Part shown: positions 10,167-20,079 of the stretch, piece by piece
How positions within the stretch are numbered: the first letter of the stretch is position 1
Layout: every line of letters begins with the position of its first letter
Source: Candidatus Heimdallarchaeota archaeon
Lineage (GTDB): Archaea; Asgardarchaeota; Heimdallarchaeia; Heimdallarchaeales; Heimdallarchaeaceae
Length of the DNA: 64,000 bases
Direction of reading: 5' to 3'
Assembly (NCBI GenBank): GCA_019057815.1
Contig: JAHLWR010000002.1
Span: 206,284 to 270,283 of the forward strand
Position numbers and translations under genes: made by a program
The notes under the pieces: generated by a model
The model's input: the letters and a program-made list of their open reading frames with translations, nothing else
Databases searched by the model: none
What the model was told of the DNA's origin: nothing

Positions 10167-11012
10167 TTAAAAAGGTCTCTCCTCTGACAAATCGATAATC
10201 CTATCAGATATTTCTAGCTGAATCCAGTTTAGTAAAGCAATGACTTCTTCCTCATAAAGCGCTTCATAATAGAAATAACTTACTAACCAAAAATCACTTT
10301 CTTGTTTAGCTAATTGTTTAAGATACCAACCCTCTTGTAGTTCAGAAGTATTAATCTTATTTTTTTCAAGCCTTCTGTTTTCATTTTCTGAGAGAGCAGA
10401 TTTAACAAAAATTTCACTATCAATTGAGAACGCCGTTAGTAATTCTGAGAAAAGAGCAACACTATTTTTCTCTCTTAACTCATCTCGCGAAGAGATAGCA
10501 TATACTTTACCTTGATCTATATCTCCTATAAACAAGTCAACTACAAACATTTTAGCTTCTTCTTCTAAGTTTCTGAGTTTTTGTTTCAGCTGGTCTATGA
10601 AGACTTTTTCAAGTTTTTCTTCAGGGAAAATTTGAGTATATTTAGCTATTTCCTGTACTCTCTCCATAACCTCACTAGGAGGGTCAAATTTCTCATATGA
10701 GATATAGGGAGAAAGAATTTCGAATATTTTTTGACCTCTCATCTCTAAATATTCATTGTTCTCATGTATATCAGTAAAGAATACAAAACGTAAAGGATTA
10801 GTTTCTCCAAGAGGAGAAAAGAGATAGATCTTTATTTCTTCGAGTGATGCATTTACTAGCCCTCTTTTACTTGATGTACATTCTTTTACAAAAGTATTTA
10901 ACGCACAAATCATAGGCCAGATTAATTCTTGGCTAATTTGCAGGGAATCGTCGTGATAAATAGTACGACCTAAACCTATTCCAATATCCATAAAAGAAAC
11001 TAAATGTATCAT
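10167..11012 (-). CDS. Hypothetical protein with N-terminal longin-like domain
   Basis: MIHLVSF..G......ELIWPMICALNTFVKE followed by beta strands matches the pattern of Asgard longin-like proteins (by eye). Confidence 0.55.
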   Translation of the reverse strand: MIHLVSFMDIGIGLGRTIYHDDSLQISQELIWPMICALNTFVKECTSSKRGLVNASLEEIKIYLFSPLGETNPLRFVFFTDIHENNEYLEMRGQKIFEILSPYISYEKFDPPSEVMERVQEIAKYTQIFPEEKLEKVFIDQLKQKLRNLEEEAKMFVVDLFIGDIDQGKVYAISSRDELREKNSVALFSELLTAFSIDSEIFVKSALSENENRRLEKNKINTSELQEGWYLKQLAKQESDFWLVSYFYYEALYEEEVIALLNWIQLEISDRIIDLSEERPF

Positions 11013-11238
11013 TATTTAGAAATTATTCCCGCTCTTCATAAAAATATCTCTAGTTTTTATTGTGGTTTTTACTTGAATCTGATTTGTTAAACTTGAAATC
11101 TTTAGAAAAACCAAAAAAATTCTGTTTTCCGCTTTTATGGCTTTAAATAATTAGAATAACAGATATTATTTTTGTAAAGCTAAAAGAGGTCAAAAAAGAC
11201 ATTTTTTATATGGTTGAAATGAATAGCGATTAACATAG

Positions 11239-12441
11239 GTGATTACTATAAATACGGAGTTTCTGATTCTATTAATTATTTTTTGTGTATTCATGCTCCT
11301 TTCTGTCCTTGGTACATGGCTTAATTTGGAGAAGTATGGCTTTTTATTCTTCCCTCTTGGATTCATTTACAAAACTGAATTTTTCAACAAAATATTAATC
11401 AAAATAGCAGATAGGGGAAAAAAACTACATGAAGTAATTTATAGATTTGGTAAAATCCTAGCTTTAGTAATTACTGGAGTGTTACTTATTTACTTCATCG
11501 TTAATCCATTTCTTTTAATGTTCAGTTCACCATTTGGTATAGGACTTAGACTTATAATTCCTGGAGTTACTATTGATCTGAAAACTGCACTTCTCTTTAT
11601 AATCCCAATAATTTTTACTTTAATTCCTCATGAAATGGCTCATGCTATTATGGCTCGAAAAGAAGGTATAAAAATTAAATCTTCAGGTATTTTTATCTTG
11701 CTTATCCTTTTTGGGGGATTTGTAGAACTTGCAAAAGACAGTTTGGAGAAAGCTCTTCCAAAGAAAAGAATCAAGGTTTACATGAATGGAGCCTCAATTA
11801 ATGCTGTTTTTGCTGTAATATTTTTAGGATTATATTTTTTAACACCCGCTATATCCTTAATAGGTTTCAAACAAGCAGATGGGGTTTTAGTTACAAATGT
11901 CTATGACGGATACCCAGCTGATAAGGTGGGTATTCAGAAAAAAGATGTCATAATAGGCATGGGTAAATATAATGAGAGTTTACAGGAAATTGTTTATATC
12001 CCTGTTAATAGTGTTAAAGATTACAATTTAATTATTTTACAATTTGATAATAACAGCTCTTTATATGTCCAACTTCTTCAAAAAGAGACTATAGTTGTAA
12101 CACCTACAATAACCAACCCAATTTCAGGACAAAATGTTTCAGATAAAGTATATCTAGGAATAAATATTTTCGATTACTATTCTCCAAGAGTCAAATGGTT
12201 ATCGCCTATGATACCTTATTACTTGAATATTGAAACACTATACACATTGAATCTTTGTGTAATGGCGGTTTTTGTTAATATGTTACCATTGGGGATTACT
12301 GATGGAGATAAAATATTTAGAGAATATATGAATCTGAAATCAAAGAACGAGAGTAAGAAAAGAAAAATATTATATGGTGTAAGAATCTTTTCTGCTTTAA
12401 TTATAATACTAAATATTACATTTACAATGATTAGATGGTAG
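11239..12441 (+). CDS. Site-2 protease (M50) with PDZ domain
   Basis: HEMAH, NMLPLGITDG, PDZ-like GVLVTNV..YPADKVGIQKKDVI, several TM helices. Confidence 0.9.
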   Translation: MITINTEFLILLIIFCVFMLLSVLGTWLNLEKYGFLFFPLGFIYKTEFFNKILIKIADRGKKLHEVIYRFGKILALVITGVLLIYFIVNPFLLMFSSPFGIGLRLIIPGVTIDLKTALLFIIPIIFTLIPHEMAHAIMARKEGIKIKSSGIFILLILFGGFVELAKDSLEKALPKKRIKVYMNGASINAVFAVIFLGLYFLTPAISLIGFKQADGVLVTNVYDGYPADKVGIQKKDVIIGMGKYNESLQEIVYIPVNSVKDYNLIILQFDNNSSLYVQLLQKETIVVTPTITNPISGQNVSDKVYLGINIFDYYSPRVKWLSPMIPYYLNIETLYTLNLCVMAVFVNMLPLGITDGDKIFREYMNLKSKNESKKRKILYGVRIFSALIIILNITFTMIRW

Positions 12442-13412
12442 TAAAAATGAAATGTACATTTTGTAAACAAGATGCCGTTTATGTTAGACCTTATGATAAA
12501 TCACCATTGTGTATAGTTCATTTTAACGAGAAAATCATTAGAAGAGTCCAAAAAACAATTACAAGATATAAGATGTTTGTGAGAAAAGGTAGAATCGCAG
12601 TAGGAGTTTCAGGTGGAAAAGATAGTATTGCTTTACTTGATGTTCTTACTAAAGTTGAACATAAATTCCCTGAAAGTGAAATAGTAGCTATAACAATTGA
12701 TGAGGGAATAGAAGGATATAGAGAAGAAGGAATGAAATTTGCAAAAAAGCATGTTGAAAGATTAGATTTGGAGCATCATGTTTTTTCCTTCAAAAAAGAT
12801 TTTGGTTATGATTTAGACGAAATTATTGGAATTTTAGGGGAAAGAGGTAAAGGAAGAGAATATGGTGCTTGTAGCTACTGTGGAATATTAAGAAGAAAAC
12901 TGCTTAACTTAGCTGCTAGGGAAGTAGGTGCTAATGTTATTGCTACAGGGCATAATTTAGAAGATGAAGCTGAAACAATTCTCTTAAATGTTATCAGAGG
13001 AGACACGTTACAGTTAGGTAGATTGGATCCTCATCCACGTAAAATACATGAGACTTTAATACCTAGAGCTAAACCATTTAGGCTCACTCCCCAAGCAGAA
13101 ATCGTAATGTATTGTTATATAAACGATTTAGAATACCAAGAAATTCAATGCCCTTATGCTGTTGAAGCATTCCGGGGTATAGTCAGGGATTTTATTTTTA
13201 AAACGCAAGAAAAACAGCCTATGTTGTGCTTTAGCATAGTTAGGGGACAAGACAAAATAAGACCAATTTTACAAACAGTAGAAGCGACAAAAAAACTTCA
13301 AAATTGTCAAAAATGTGGTGATGCGACAACAAATAGTCTATGTAAAGGCTGTTGGTTAAAAGAAAAAATAGAAAACATTGAGCAAATAAAAGAAGGAAGA
13401 GGAGGAACTTAA
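12435..13412 (+). CDS. ttuA: tRNA 2-thiolation enzyme TtuA/Ncs6-like
   Basis: PP-loop SGGKDS, CSYCGILRR, ATGHNLED, CPY, N- and C-terminal Zn fingers. Confidence 0.9.
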   Translation: MVVKMKCTFCKQDAVYVRPYDKSPLCIVHFNEKIIRRVQKTITRYKMFVRKGRIAVGVSGGKDSIALLDVLTKVEHKFPESEIVAITIDEGIEGYREEGMKFAKKHVERLDLEHHVFSFKKDFGYDLDEIIGILGERGKGREYGACSYCGILRRKLLNLAAREVGANVIATGHNLEDEAETILLNVIRGDTLQLGRLDPHPRKIHETLIPRAKPFRLTPQAEIVMYCYINDLEYQEIQCPYAVEAFRGIVRDFIFKTQEKQPMLCFSIVRGQDKIRPILQTVEATKKLQNCQKCGDATTNSLCKGCWLKEKIENIEQIKEGRGGT

Positions 13413-14014
13413 CTTGATTTTTGTCCGCAGTTCATGCAAAACTTGTCTTTTGATTTCAATTTCGCTCCACAGTATTCACAGAAACTAGAACTTGAGGATT
13501 TTGATTTTTGTTGTGTGTAAGGTTGGCTTGAAGGTGTGTATGGCGAGCTAGAAGGTGTGTAAGGCTGTGATGAATATCCTGAAGGAGGTCTACTTCTTCG
13601 ACTAAACGATCTAATTATACTGAAGACAATGAGAATGAATATTACAATAAAACCAATGGGGAATATAGTGAATGTGAACCAGAAGAAATCTACATCTAAG
13701 ACAATCATAATGATAACAGCAATAATAAGTGGAAACAGAAGGAAAGATAAAAATCCACAAGGTGACCTTCTATATCTTCTATGACCATACCACCCATAAT
13801 GTCCTCGATAAGGTCGTCTACCATAATATCCTCTACTACCAATATAAGTTCGAGAACGAGAAGATGGTCTATGTCCTCTACTACCCGAAAAACTAGTCCT
13901 TCTTACACCACTTCCTCCTACTCTTCTAAATGACCCAGAGCTTCTGGATCTGGAACCGAATGATCGAGAACCACGCGAACCTATTGAACGAGATCTTCCA
14001 CCACGAACAGGCAT
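13409..14014 (-). CDS. Two-TM protein with RS/RG-rich N-terminus and C-terminal zinc ribbon
   Basis: R/S/G/Y low-complexity N-terminus, two TM helices, QPYTP repeats, FCEYCG...FCMNCG. Confidence 0.8.
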   Translation of the reverse strand: MPVRGGRSRSIGSRGSRSFGSRSRSSGSFRRVGGSGVRRTSFSGSRGHRPSSRSRTYIGSRGYYGRRPYRGHYGWYGHRRYRRSPCGFLSFLLFPLIIAVIIMIVLDVDFFWFTFTIFPIGFIVIFILIVFSIIRSFSRRSRPPSGYSSQPYTPSSSPYTPSSQPYTQQKSKSSSSSFCEYCGAKLKSKDKFCMNCGQKSS

Positions 14015-14111
14015 TCTAAGAAATTAAAGATTGAAGTTCAATATAAACTATTGCAAATATAAACATCCCTATGAGCTTACCTTGAAAGTAATAAAGCAAT
14101 AAAAAAAAGAA

Positions 14112-14129
14112 AAACTACTATAGTAGTTT
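14112..14129. terminator. Perfect 18-bp palindrome next to an A/T tract
   Basis: AAACTACTATAGTAGTTT just 3' of ORF 14146-14361, followed on the minus strand by a T run; terminator or protein-binding site. Confidence 0.4.
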
Positions 14130-14145
14130 ACTGAAGTTAATTGAT

Positions 14146-14361
14146 CTATTCAGTCTTGACAGTAAATACTTTGACTAGTTGCAGTATGCAGATAACTGCT
14201 ACCAAATATGCAATAAAAGCTATAGGACTCCACCAAGCACTAGTTGAGGTACCAAAGAATGCAGTGAGCATTCCGAAATCTACTGCCATGTCTAGATATC
14301 CAATTGCAAGAAATAGGCCTACTACTGTCTGAATTGCTGAGATTATTTTATATCCTGCCAT
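14146..14361 (-). CDS. Small two-TM protein, paralog A
   Basis: Shares MAGY(K/R)I, FGM..AFFG.STS.WWS..AF.AYL and ILQLVK.F with 15077-15298. Confidence 0.8.
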   Translation of the reverse strand: MAGYKIISAIQTVVGLFLAIGYLDMAVDFGMLTAFFGTSTSAWWSPIAFIAYLVAVICILQLVKVFTVKTE

Positions 14362-14521
14362 GTATTGACCTTCTGATAAGTGTATAAAAATATTGTTGAC
14401 ATATTAGTATGTATTATTATTTCATGTTTAACTTGATTTTATGACCATTTTAACAAATTAAAACAGCGAAAAAAATCATAAATGTTCATAAAGAAAAAAA
14501 TTGTTGAAACTAAAACCGTTT

Positions 14522-14826
14522 GTAGGGACCTAAAGTTCGATTCCACATCAGAAGCCGTTTCTTACTCTTAAGCTCCACGCTGATTGCTACAAGCATCATA
14601 TATTGACCTTAGCGCTGCTTACTTCCGTACCTCGCGCAGTTTGATCTTATCCTTTCTAACAGCTTCCTCCGAAGCTGCCTCTAGAATATACAATCCCATA
14701 GGTCAACGCTTCGACGCCATCCAAATAAGGCGTATCAACCTCAATGAAACCTCAGCAGTAGCATTCACCCTGGCATATAGAGCATTTCCAGTGCAGGGTA
14801 GCCCTAGCTCCCCAGCTAGTCCTAAC
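14522..14826 (-). ncRNA. ffs: Archaeal SRP RNA (7S)
   Basis: Helix 8 GCGC-GAGG-TAC-GGAA-GTA-AGCA-GCGC (14612-14637); helix 6 CAGCTTC-GGAG-GAAGCTG (14660-14677); Alu-like 5' domain; paired ends; about 305 nt. Confidence 0.92.
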
Positions 14827-15076
14827 TACCGATTCAGTTTCTTACCTTATCTGATGAACAGTAAATTTAAACATTGCTATTTCTGGGAGCAAAACAGTTA
14901 AACTTTTTATAAGAATCAGAGAAATTATAAAAAAAGAAAAGAAAATACGTTATTTATGTAGCGAATTTCATGCAAGTAGTCAATTACTTACATTAAATTG
15001 TGTAACTTAAAGCCAATCAAGGCTTCTTTTCTCAGATTTTTTTCCTCTTATTATTTGTTTGCATTATCAATCCGTT

Positions 15077-15298
15077 CTAGCTCTTTCCTTCTGTGACGAT
15101 GAAGCATTTAACCAATTGTAAAATTGCTACTACCGCAAATAAGTAAGCCCAAAAGGCAAATACAGACCACCAATCAGAAGTCGAGGCTCCAAAAAATGCT
15201 TCATTCATCCCAAATTCTACTGACAAATCTAATATAGAGACAGCAGTAAAAAGAATGAATATGGATTGAAAAAATGACAAGATTCTATAACCAGCCAT
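15077..15298 (-). CDS. Small two-TM protein, paralog B
   Basis: Clear paralog of 14146-14361. Confidence 0.8.
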   Translation of the reverse strand: MAGYRILSFFQSIFILFTAVSILDLSVEFGMNEAFFGASTSDWWSVFAFWAYLFAVVAILQLVKCFIVTEGKS

Positions 15299-15346
15299 AT
15301 GGTTAATTAACAGTAATCCTTTAAGAATATATCCAAATAAACTTGG

Positions 15347-15946
15347 ATGACTAAAACTAACTATTATTTCTTACAGAAAGAAGAATTTATCAATAACAAT
15401 ATATTCACTAAAATGATGCCTAAATCCATTGAAAATCAGTTTACAGATGAGTTTATACAGAAAATAGATCGTTTTTTGGATAAAGCAAATGTTTTAGCTA
15501 TTCTGGGTGTAGGAAATGAAGATAATGGGGATGATGCGGTTGGTTTATACATAACGCGTATTTTACAGAAAGCAAGTTTAGCCAATTGGGTTGAAATTTT
15601 CTACTGTGAGCGTGTTCCTGAACATTTTTTAGGAAAACTAGACAAGTTAAAACCTAACAGGATAATAGTTCTAGATGCAACCGATATGAAAGAAATACCA
15701 GGAGCAATCGCAATATTTCCTAAAGAGATGATTTCTCAAGGTTATCATTTCTCAACTCACACACTCTCCTTAACAATGCTTGAAGAATTTTTAAAACCAT
15801 CAATAAAAGATTTAAAAACTTTATATGTGGGTATTCAACCAAAATATACTGTTTTTGAAACGCCTTTGTCAGAAGAATGTAAGAAGGAAGGAGAGGAGTT
15901 TGCAAAACTGCTTATAGAACGAATCAAGTTACGAAATGAAAAGTGA
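15347..15946 (+). CDS. hycI: Hydrogenase maturation protease (HycI-like)
   Basis: LGVGNEDNGDDAVG, PE, IIVLDA, FSTHTLSL, GIQP. True start probably about 15413. Confidence 0.88.
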   Translation: MTKTNYYFLQKEEFINNNIFTKMMPKSIENQFTDEFIQKIDRFLDKANVLAILGVGNEDNGDDAVGLYITRILQKASLANWVEIFYCERVPEHFLGKLDKLKPNRIIVLDATDMKEIPGAIAIFPKEMISQGYHFSTHTLSLTMLEEFLKPSIKDLKTLYVGIQPKYTVFETPLSEECKKEGEEFAKLLIERIKLRNEK

Positions 15947-16159
15947 ATTTTTCTCGTTTTGCAAGAAAATAGAAGAATCCCACTGAAGGTAAATGCTATT
16001 TTACATACAGAAGAAGTGTTGTGTACTAGTTGCTACTTTATTTGGGACAGTTTTATCTTCAGTCGTTGCCATTATCGTAGATTTTATCTACTTAATTTTG
16101 TGAAAAAAATCATAGATAAAAATAAAATTCTGAAATTAGAAAAAGAAGGAAAAGAGAGA

Positions 16160-16642
16160 TTATTGTTCTTGAGGTATTTCTTTTTTCTCAATCCCAATCA
16201 AATCTACTTTTAGTTTGCCAAGCAATGCTACAATAGCAGCTATTATGTTTTCTGGTCTAGGAGGACACCCATAAACCCAAGCATCTATAGGAAGCATCTT
16301 ATCAATACCTCCAAGAACAAAAGGGCATTCCTGGAATACTCCACCAGTCGTACAACAATTTCCCACTGCTACCACAAACTTAGGTGCAGGCATTTGCTCA
16401 TATACTCTTTTTACCCTTTCCGCAACTTGTAATGTTACAGCTCCTGTTATTACTAATACTTCAGCTTGTCGAGGTGTTCCTCTTAGCAATATCCCATATT
16501 GTTCGAGATCAAACCTTGGTGTAAGAGCATCTACAATTTCAATATCACAGCCATTGCAACCACCAGCGTTCATATGAATAATCCATGGTGATCTTACTGC
16601 ACAATTTACCGCAAGTTTTTTCAGCCAACCCATCATTCTCAA
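16160..16642 (-). CDS. Group 4 [NiFe]-hydrogenase small subunit (NuoB-like)
   Basis: GGCNGCDIE, RFDLEQYG...PRQAEV, AVGNC, GCPPRPE. Confidence 0.92.
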   Translation of the reverse strand: MRMMGWLKKLAVNCAVRSPWIIHMNAGGCNGCDIEIVDALTPRFDLEQYGILLRGTPRQAEVLVITGAVTLQVAERVKRVYEQMPAPKFVVAVGNCCTTGGVFQECPFVLGGIDKMLPIDAWVYGCPPRPENIIAAIVALLGKLKVDLIGIEKKEIPQEQ

Positions 16643-17112
16643 CTCCTGAACTCCTCAATCTCTTTGATTGTTTTTGCACCTTCTTCAATAACCTCTGCTA
16701 GTTTCTTTTCAGCTTTTTCACCTTTGAAGCTACCTTTAGCACAAATCATCTCATAGTCTTGTCTAACATTGAATGAGAACAAAGAAACAGACAAAGATGG
16801 TTCTCTATCAATGTGAATTGCATCTTTTGGACAGTAGGTTTGACAATGCCCACACCACATACATTGAGGACGTAAAAGCCATATCATCCCATTATCTTTG
16901 TCATCTTTCTCCATCCACAAACAATGAGTTGGACATACTTTTACACATGTTCCACACATTATACACTTTTCTTCGATAATTCTAGGAATAGTTCGAATAT
17001 CTTCTGGAGGGGGATGTTTTTCTAGTCTTTCAGAAATATGTAATGTTACAGGTCCTTTTACTTGATTTTTTATTGCTTCTCCTCCCATCACTAGTAGTTT
17101 TTTCTTAGACAT
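16639..17112 (-). CDS. 2x[4Fe-4S] subunit (NuoI-like)
   Basis: CIMCGTCVKVCP and CMWCGHCQTYCP. Confidence 0.9.
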   Translation of the reverse strand: MSKKKLLVMGGEAIKNQVKGPVTLHISERLEKHPPPEDIRTIPRIIEEKCIMCGTCVKVCPTHCLWMEKDDKDNGMIWLLRPQCMWCGHCQTYCPKDAIHIDREPSLSVSLFSFNVRQDYEMICAKGSFKGEKAEKKLAEVIEEGAKTIKEIEEFRS

Positions 17113-17122
17113 TCATTTCACC

Positions 17123-18379
17123 TCAGAAAAAGGGTCTATTATATTTCTTTGCTTTTATAGCTTTTAGGGCAAATTCATCTTGCCCCATAATCTTCTTTTC
17201 ACCAGTTGATTGGTTAATTATCATCACTCTATTAGTGCAAGAGAAACAAGGATCATAGCTTCTAAGAATTACAGGCATATCAGCGATATATTCACCATCC
17301 ATTCTTTTGAGTGTAGCATCAATGTTACCCAAAGATGGTGCTCTTATTTTATATCTTTCCGGTTTATCTGTTCCATTAGCAATTCCGTAATGAATGTCCT
17401 CACCTCTAGGGGCTTCAGCTCTAGTCATGTATTTGCCTTCAGAAATTCGGGGTTTAACTCGTTGTAACAACTCTCCTGAAGCTGTTTCTAACCGATCCAG
17501 TATTTGATTAAGCATTCTAAGTGATTCTAGTGTTTCATCTAGTCTAACTAAAGTTGTTGCTAGTACGTCTCCTTCAGTATAATAAACTAAGTTCCAATCA
17601 ATATCGTCATACAGTTCATAGGGGAAAGTTTTTCTGATATCATATGGCAATCCTGATCCTCTAGCGGTAGGTCCATTAGGTGTTAGTTTCTTTGCATCTT
17701 CTTTTGTTAAGACACCTACATTTTCTAGCCTATTTACTATGGATGCTTCTTCTGTAAATACTTTCTTATGATATTCAACTTGTTTTATTAAATCATTAAT
17801 CATTGGCCTTGCTTTGTCAGCTCTTTCTTTAGGAAGATCTCTCTTCACACCACCAATCAACATCAGTGCTGGATTTACTCTATTTCCAGAGATATCTTCA
17901 ACTATATCCATGATTATCTCACGGTCCCTCCAAGTCACGTGGAATAAGGTGTCAAATCCAGTATCATGAGCAAGTATTCCATACCACAACATGTGTGAAT
18001 GTACTCGTTCTGCTTCACAACTAAACATGCGTATTAATCTAGCTCTTTCGGAGATTTGATCTTCAATACCAGCCAAACGTTCAACTAGACGAACATAGAC
18101 ATTCTGGTGAACAGCACTGCAGATACCACAGGCTCGAGGAATAAGCATGGTGTTTTGACGCCAAGTACGCGCTTCCATCGCTTTTTCCATTCCACGGAGG
18201 TTAAAACCTATACGAATATTCGCTTCAACCACACGCTCACCTTTTACATGAATAATGAAGTGAGCAGGTTCTTCTGCCCAAGGATGTTGAGGTCCTACGA
18301 AAATATGGTGATCAGCTCCAAGAGGGGCATCGCTACCATCTGTTAGTACTCTAAATCTTGATCTAAAATCTTCTGCCAT
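17123..18379 (-). CDS. Group 4 [NiFe]-hydrogenase large subunit (NuoD-like)
   Basis: GPQHP, RGMEK, L1 RACGICS, EAPRGE, L2 DPCFSCTNR plus a C-terminal extension. Confidence 0.93.
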   Translation of the reverse strand: MAEDFRSRFRVLTDGSDAPLGADHHIFVGPQHPWAEEPAHFIIHVKGERVVEANIRIGFNLRGMEKAMEARTWRQNTMLIPRACGICSAVHQNVYVRLVERLAGIEDQISERARLIRMFSCEAERVHSHMLWYGILAHDTGFDTLFHVTWRDREIIMDIVEDISGNRVNPALMLIGGVKRDLPKERADKARPMINDLIKQVEYHKKVFTEEASIVNRLENVGVLTKEDAKKLTPNGPTARGSGLPYDIRKTFPYELYDDIDWNLVYYTEGDVLATTLVRLDETLESLRMLNQILDRLETASGELLQRVKPRISEGKYMTRAEAPRGEDIHYGIANGTDKPERYKIRAPSLGNIDATLKRMDGEYIADMPVILRSYDPCFSCTNRVMIINQSTGEKKIMGQDEFALKAIKAKKYNRPFF

Positions 18380-18381
18380 AC

Positions 18382-18912
18382 TTAATCATCCTCTGATATC
18401 TGTTTTGCTAGATTCAGTGTGATTTCTCTTATCTGTTCCCAGCTATATTCTTTTTTCATCGGTCTTACATCATCTGGCCATTTCTCTGGAAGTATTAACC
18501 GTTCCATGAATGGATGGTCATTAAAGTAAATCCCATAGAAATCGTAACATTCACGTTCATAATAATCAGCTGCTACAAAGAAGTCTATCATACTTGGTGT
18601 TTTTGGATTATCTTTGTCAATTTTAGTAATGATGAAGTTAATTGGTATTTCTTTAACTTCTTCTTCTATTCGATGTTGTATATGATAACAAACATTGAAT
18701 GAATCATCTTTTTCGTAGGCTGATATTGTTGTGAGATGATAAATTCCCGCGTCATCATGAAGAATTTTCATTAAAGCGTATGCTTTTTCAAAAGGGCTTA
18801 TTATATCAAAATGCCCTTCTTCGACCTTAACTACTTCTTCTACAAAATCTTTAGGTATAGTTATGTTCAAAATATTCTCTAATTCACTGAGTGCATCACT
18901 CATAAGAGTCAA
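18382..18912 (-). CDS. NuoC-like hydrogenase subunit
   Basis: HLTTIS, PS...F.AADYYERECYDFYGIYFNDHP...LILPE..P.DVRPMKK. Confidence 0.9.
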   Translation of the reverse strand: MTLMSDALSELENILNITIPKDFVEEVVKVEEGHFDIISPFEKAYALMKILHDDAGIYHLTTISAYEKDDSFNVCYHIQHRIEEEVKEIPINFIITKIDKDNPKTPSMIDFFVAADYYERECYDFYGIYFNDHPFMERLILPEKWPDDVRPMKKEYSWEQIREITLNLAKQISEDD

Positions 18913-19030
18913 CTCTAGATATGCTATTGTAGGATTTTGCTAGCTATAAAAAAAGGTTATGCTTCACAAATACAAAAAAATAATTTTTTGTGATATTTAC
19001 ATAGCTAATAAAAAGAAAAAAAGGTTAATC

Positions 19031-19717
19031 CTAACCTGTATGAACAAGAACATAATCATTATCTTTGTATTGTTCAGGAATCTCTTGTAAATAGTAACCT
19101 CGTATTTGTAGAGCAAGAAGATTGGAAAAAGCCCAAGGCATCATATTATAGCTTTTATAGCTGAAAACTTCATCAGAAATCCACTTTCCTTCTTTTTCTT
19201 TATTCTTTATCCACTCACTAATGGAAATGAATCTTCCCGTATAAAGGACACCTATAGATTTTTCAAAAAGCCCAGGTATAGAACGAATAAGGTTTTTACT
19301 CAGAATTTCATTATCTTTGTCATCGGTCTCCAGAAGCGCCTTTAATATCTCAGCTTTTATAGTGTCATTACTACCGACTGAAGGTTTCATGGTTGGAAAC
19401 CTTTCAAATGCAGGATCTATAGCTTTTTCCTCACATAGAAAGGCTCTTTCCATCACGTTTCTGAATTTATACCCTCTAATACATAGAACAATAATATAGG
19501 AAATTTCAGCATTACTTAGTTTTTCATTTCGTTTAACAAAATCTATCCCGTCTTTTATGCTCATAGGGGTTATTGAGTCTCCTCTACATTCTTCCGAATC
19601 TAAAATTTCAGGTAAATTACTGGACAAATTTGTATACAAAAATTGGTTTGATTTGGTGCTAAAATCGACTATGTTTCTCAAAATTTGAGCATCGGCAGCA
19701 TTATCTCCAAATATCAT
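19031..19717 (-). CDS. Hypothetical protein ending in a HypC-like peptide
   Basis: 228-aa ORF with no recognisable family; C-terminal DYVLVHTG is identical to HypC. Confidence 0.65.
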   Translation of the reverse strand: MIFGDNAADAQILRNIVDFSTKSNQFLYTNLSSNLPEILDSEECRGDSITPMSIKDGIDFVKRNEKLSNAEISYIIVLCIRGYKFRNVMERAFLCEEKAIDPAFERFPTMKPSVGSNDTIKAEILKALLETDDKDNEILSKNLIRSIPGLFEKSIGVLYTGRFISISEWIKNKEKEGKWISDEVFSYKSYNMMPWAFSNLLALQIRGYYLQEIPEQYKDNDYVLVHTG

Positions 19718-19892
19718 TTCATGAGATATAGAAATACTTTCTATTTAACTTATTCGGATTTTTAACCAAAAAAATGACAAGTAAATAATGTTATTAAGCT
19801 TGAAGTAGTTCGTCCCATAACTTAAGATCTTCTTTTGCTTGCTTTTTATCAAGCTTGGAAATGACAAAACCAGTATGAACAAGAACATAATC
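19033..19892. repeat. 25-bp direct repeat (24/25 identical): 19033-19057 and 19868-19892
   Basis: AACCTGTATGAACAAGAACATAATC versus AACCAGTATGAACAAGAACATAATC. Confidence 0.85.
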
Positions 19893-20015
19893 CTCGATTT
19901 CAAGAGTTTCTTCTAACAAGGAAATATCAGCTTCACGCCTTACACCAGTGATATCAACAATAATTCGGTTATTTTTCAATATTTCACAAACTTTAGCGGG
20001 GATAGCTAAACACAT
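19794..20015 (-). CDS. hypC: Hydrogenase maturation chaperone HypC
   Basis: MCLAIPAKV...DYVLVHTGF. Confidence 0.95.
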   Translation of the reverse strand: MCLAIPAKVCEILKNNRIIVDITGVRREADISLLEETLEIEDYVLVHTGFVISKLDKKQAKEDLKLWDELLQA

Positions 20016-20079
20016 GGGTATCTAAAGTTCCTCTAACTAGATATTAATTAACTTTTGTTATACAGCAATTAATCCGGTT

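Noticed and set aside
14584-14901. 105-aa plus-strand ORF
   Set aside because: It is the antisense shadow of the SRP RNA.
16160-18379. Selenocysteine recoding in hydrogenase subunits
   Set aside because: All metal-ligand positions are Cys codons and no in-frame TGA is needed.
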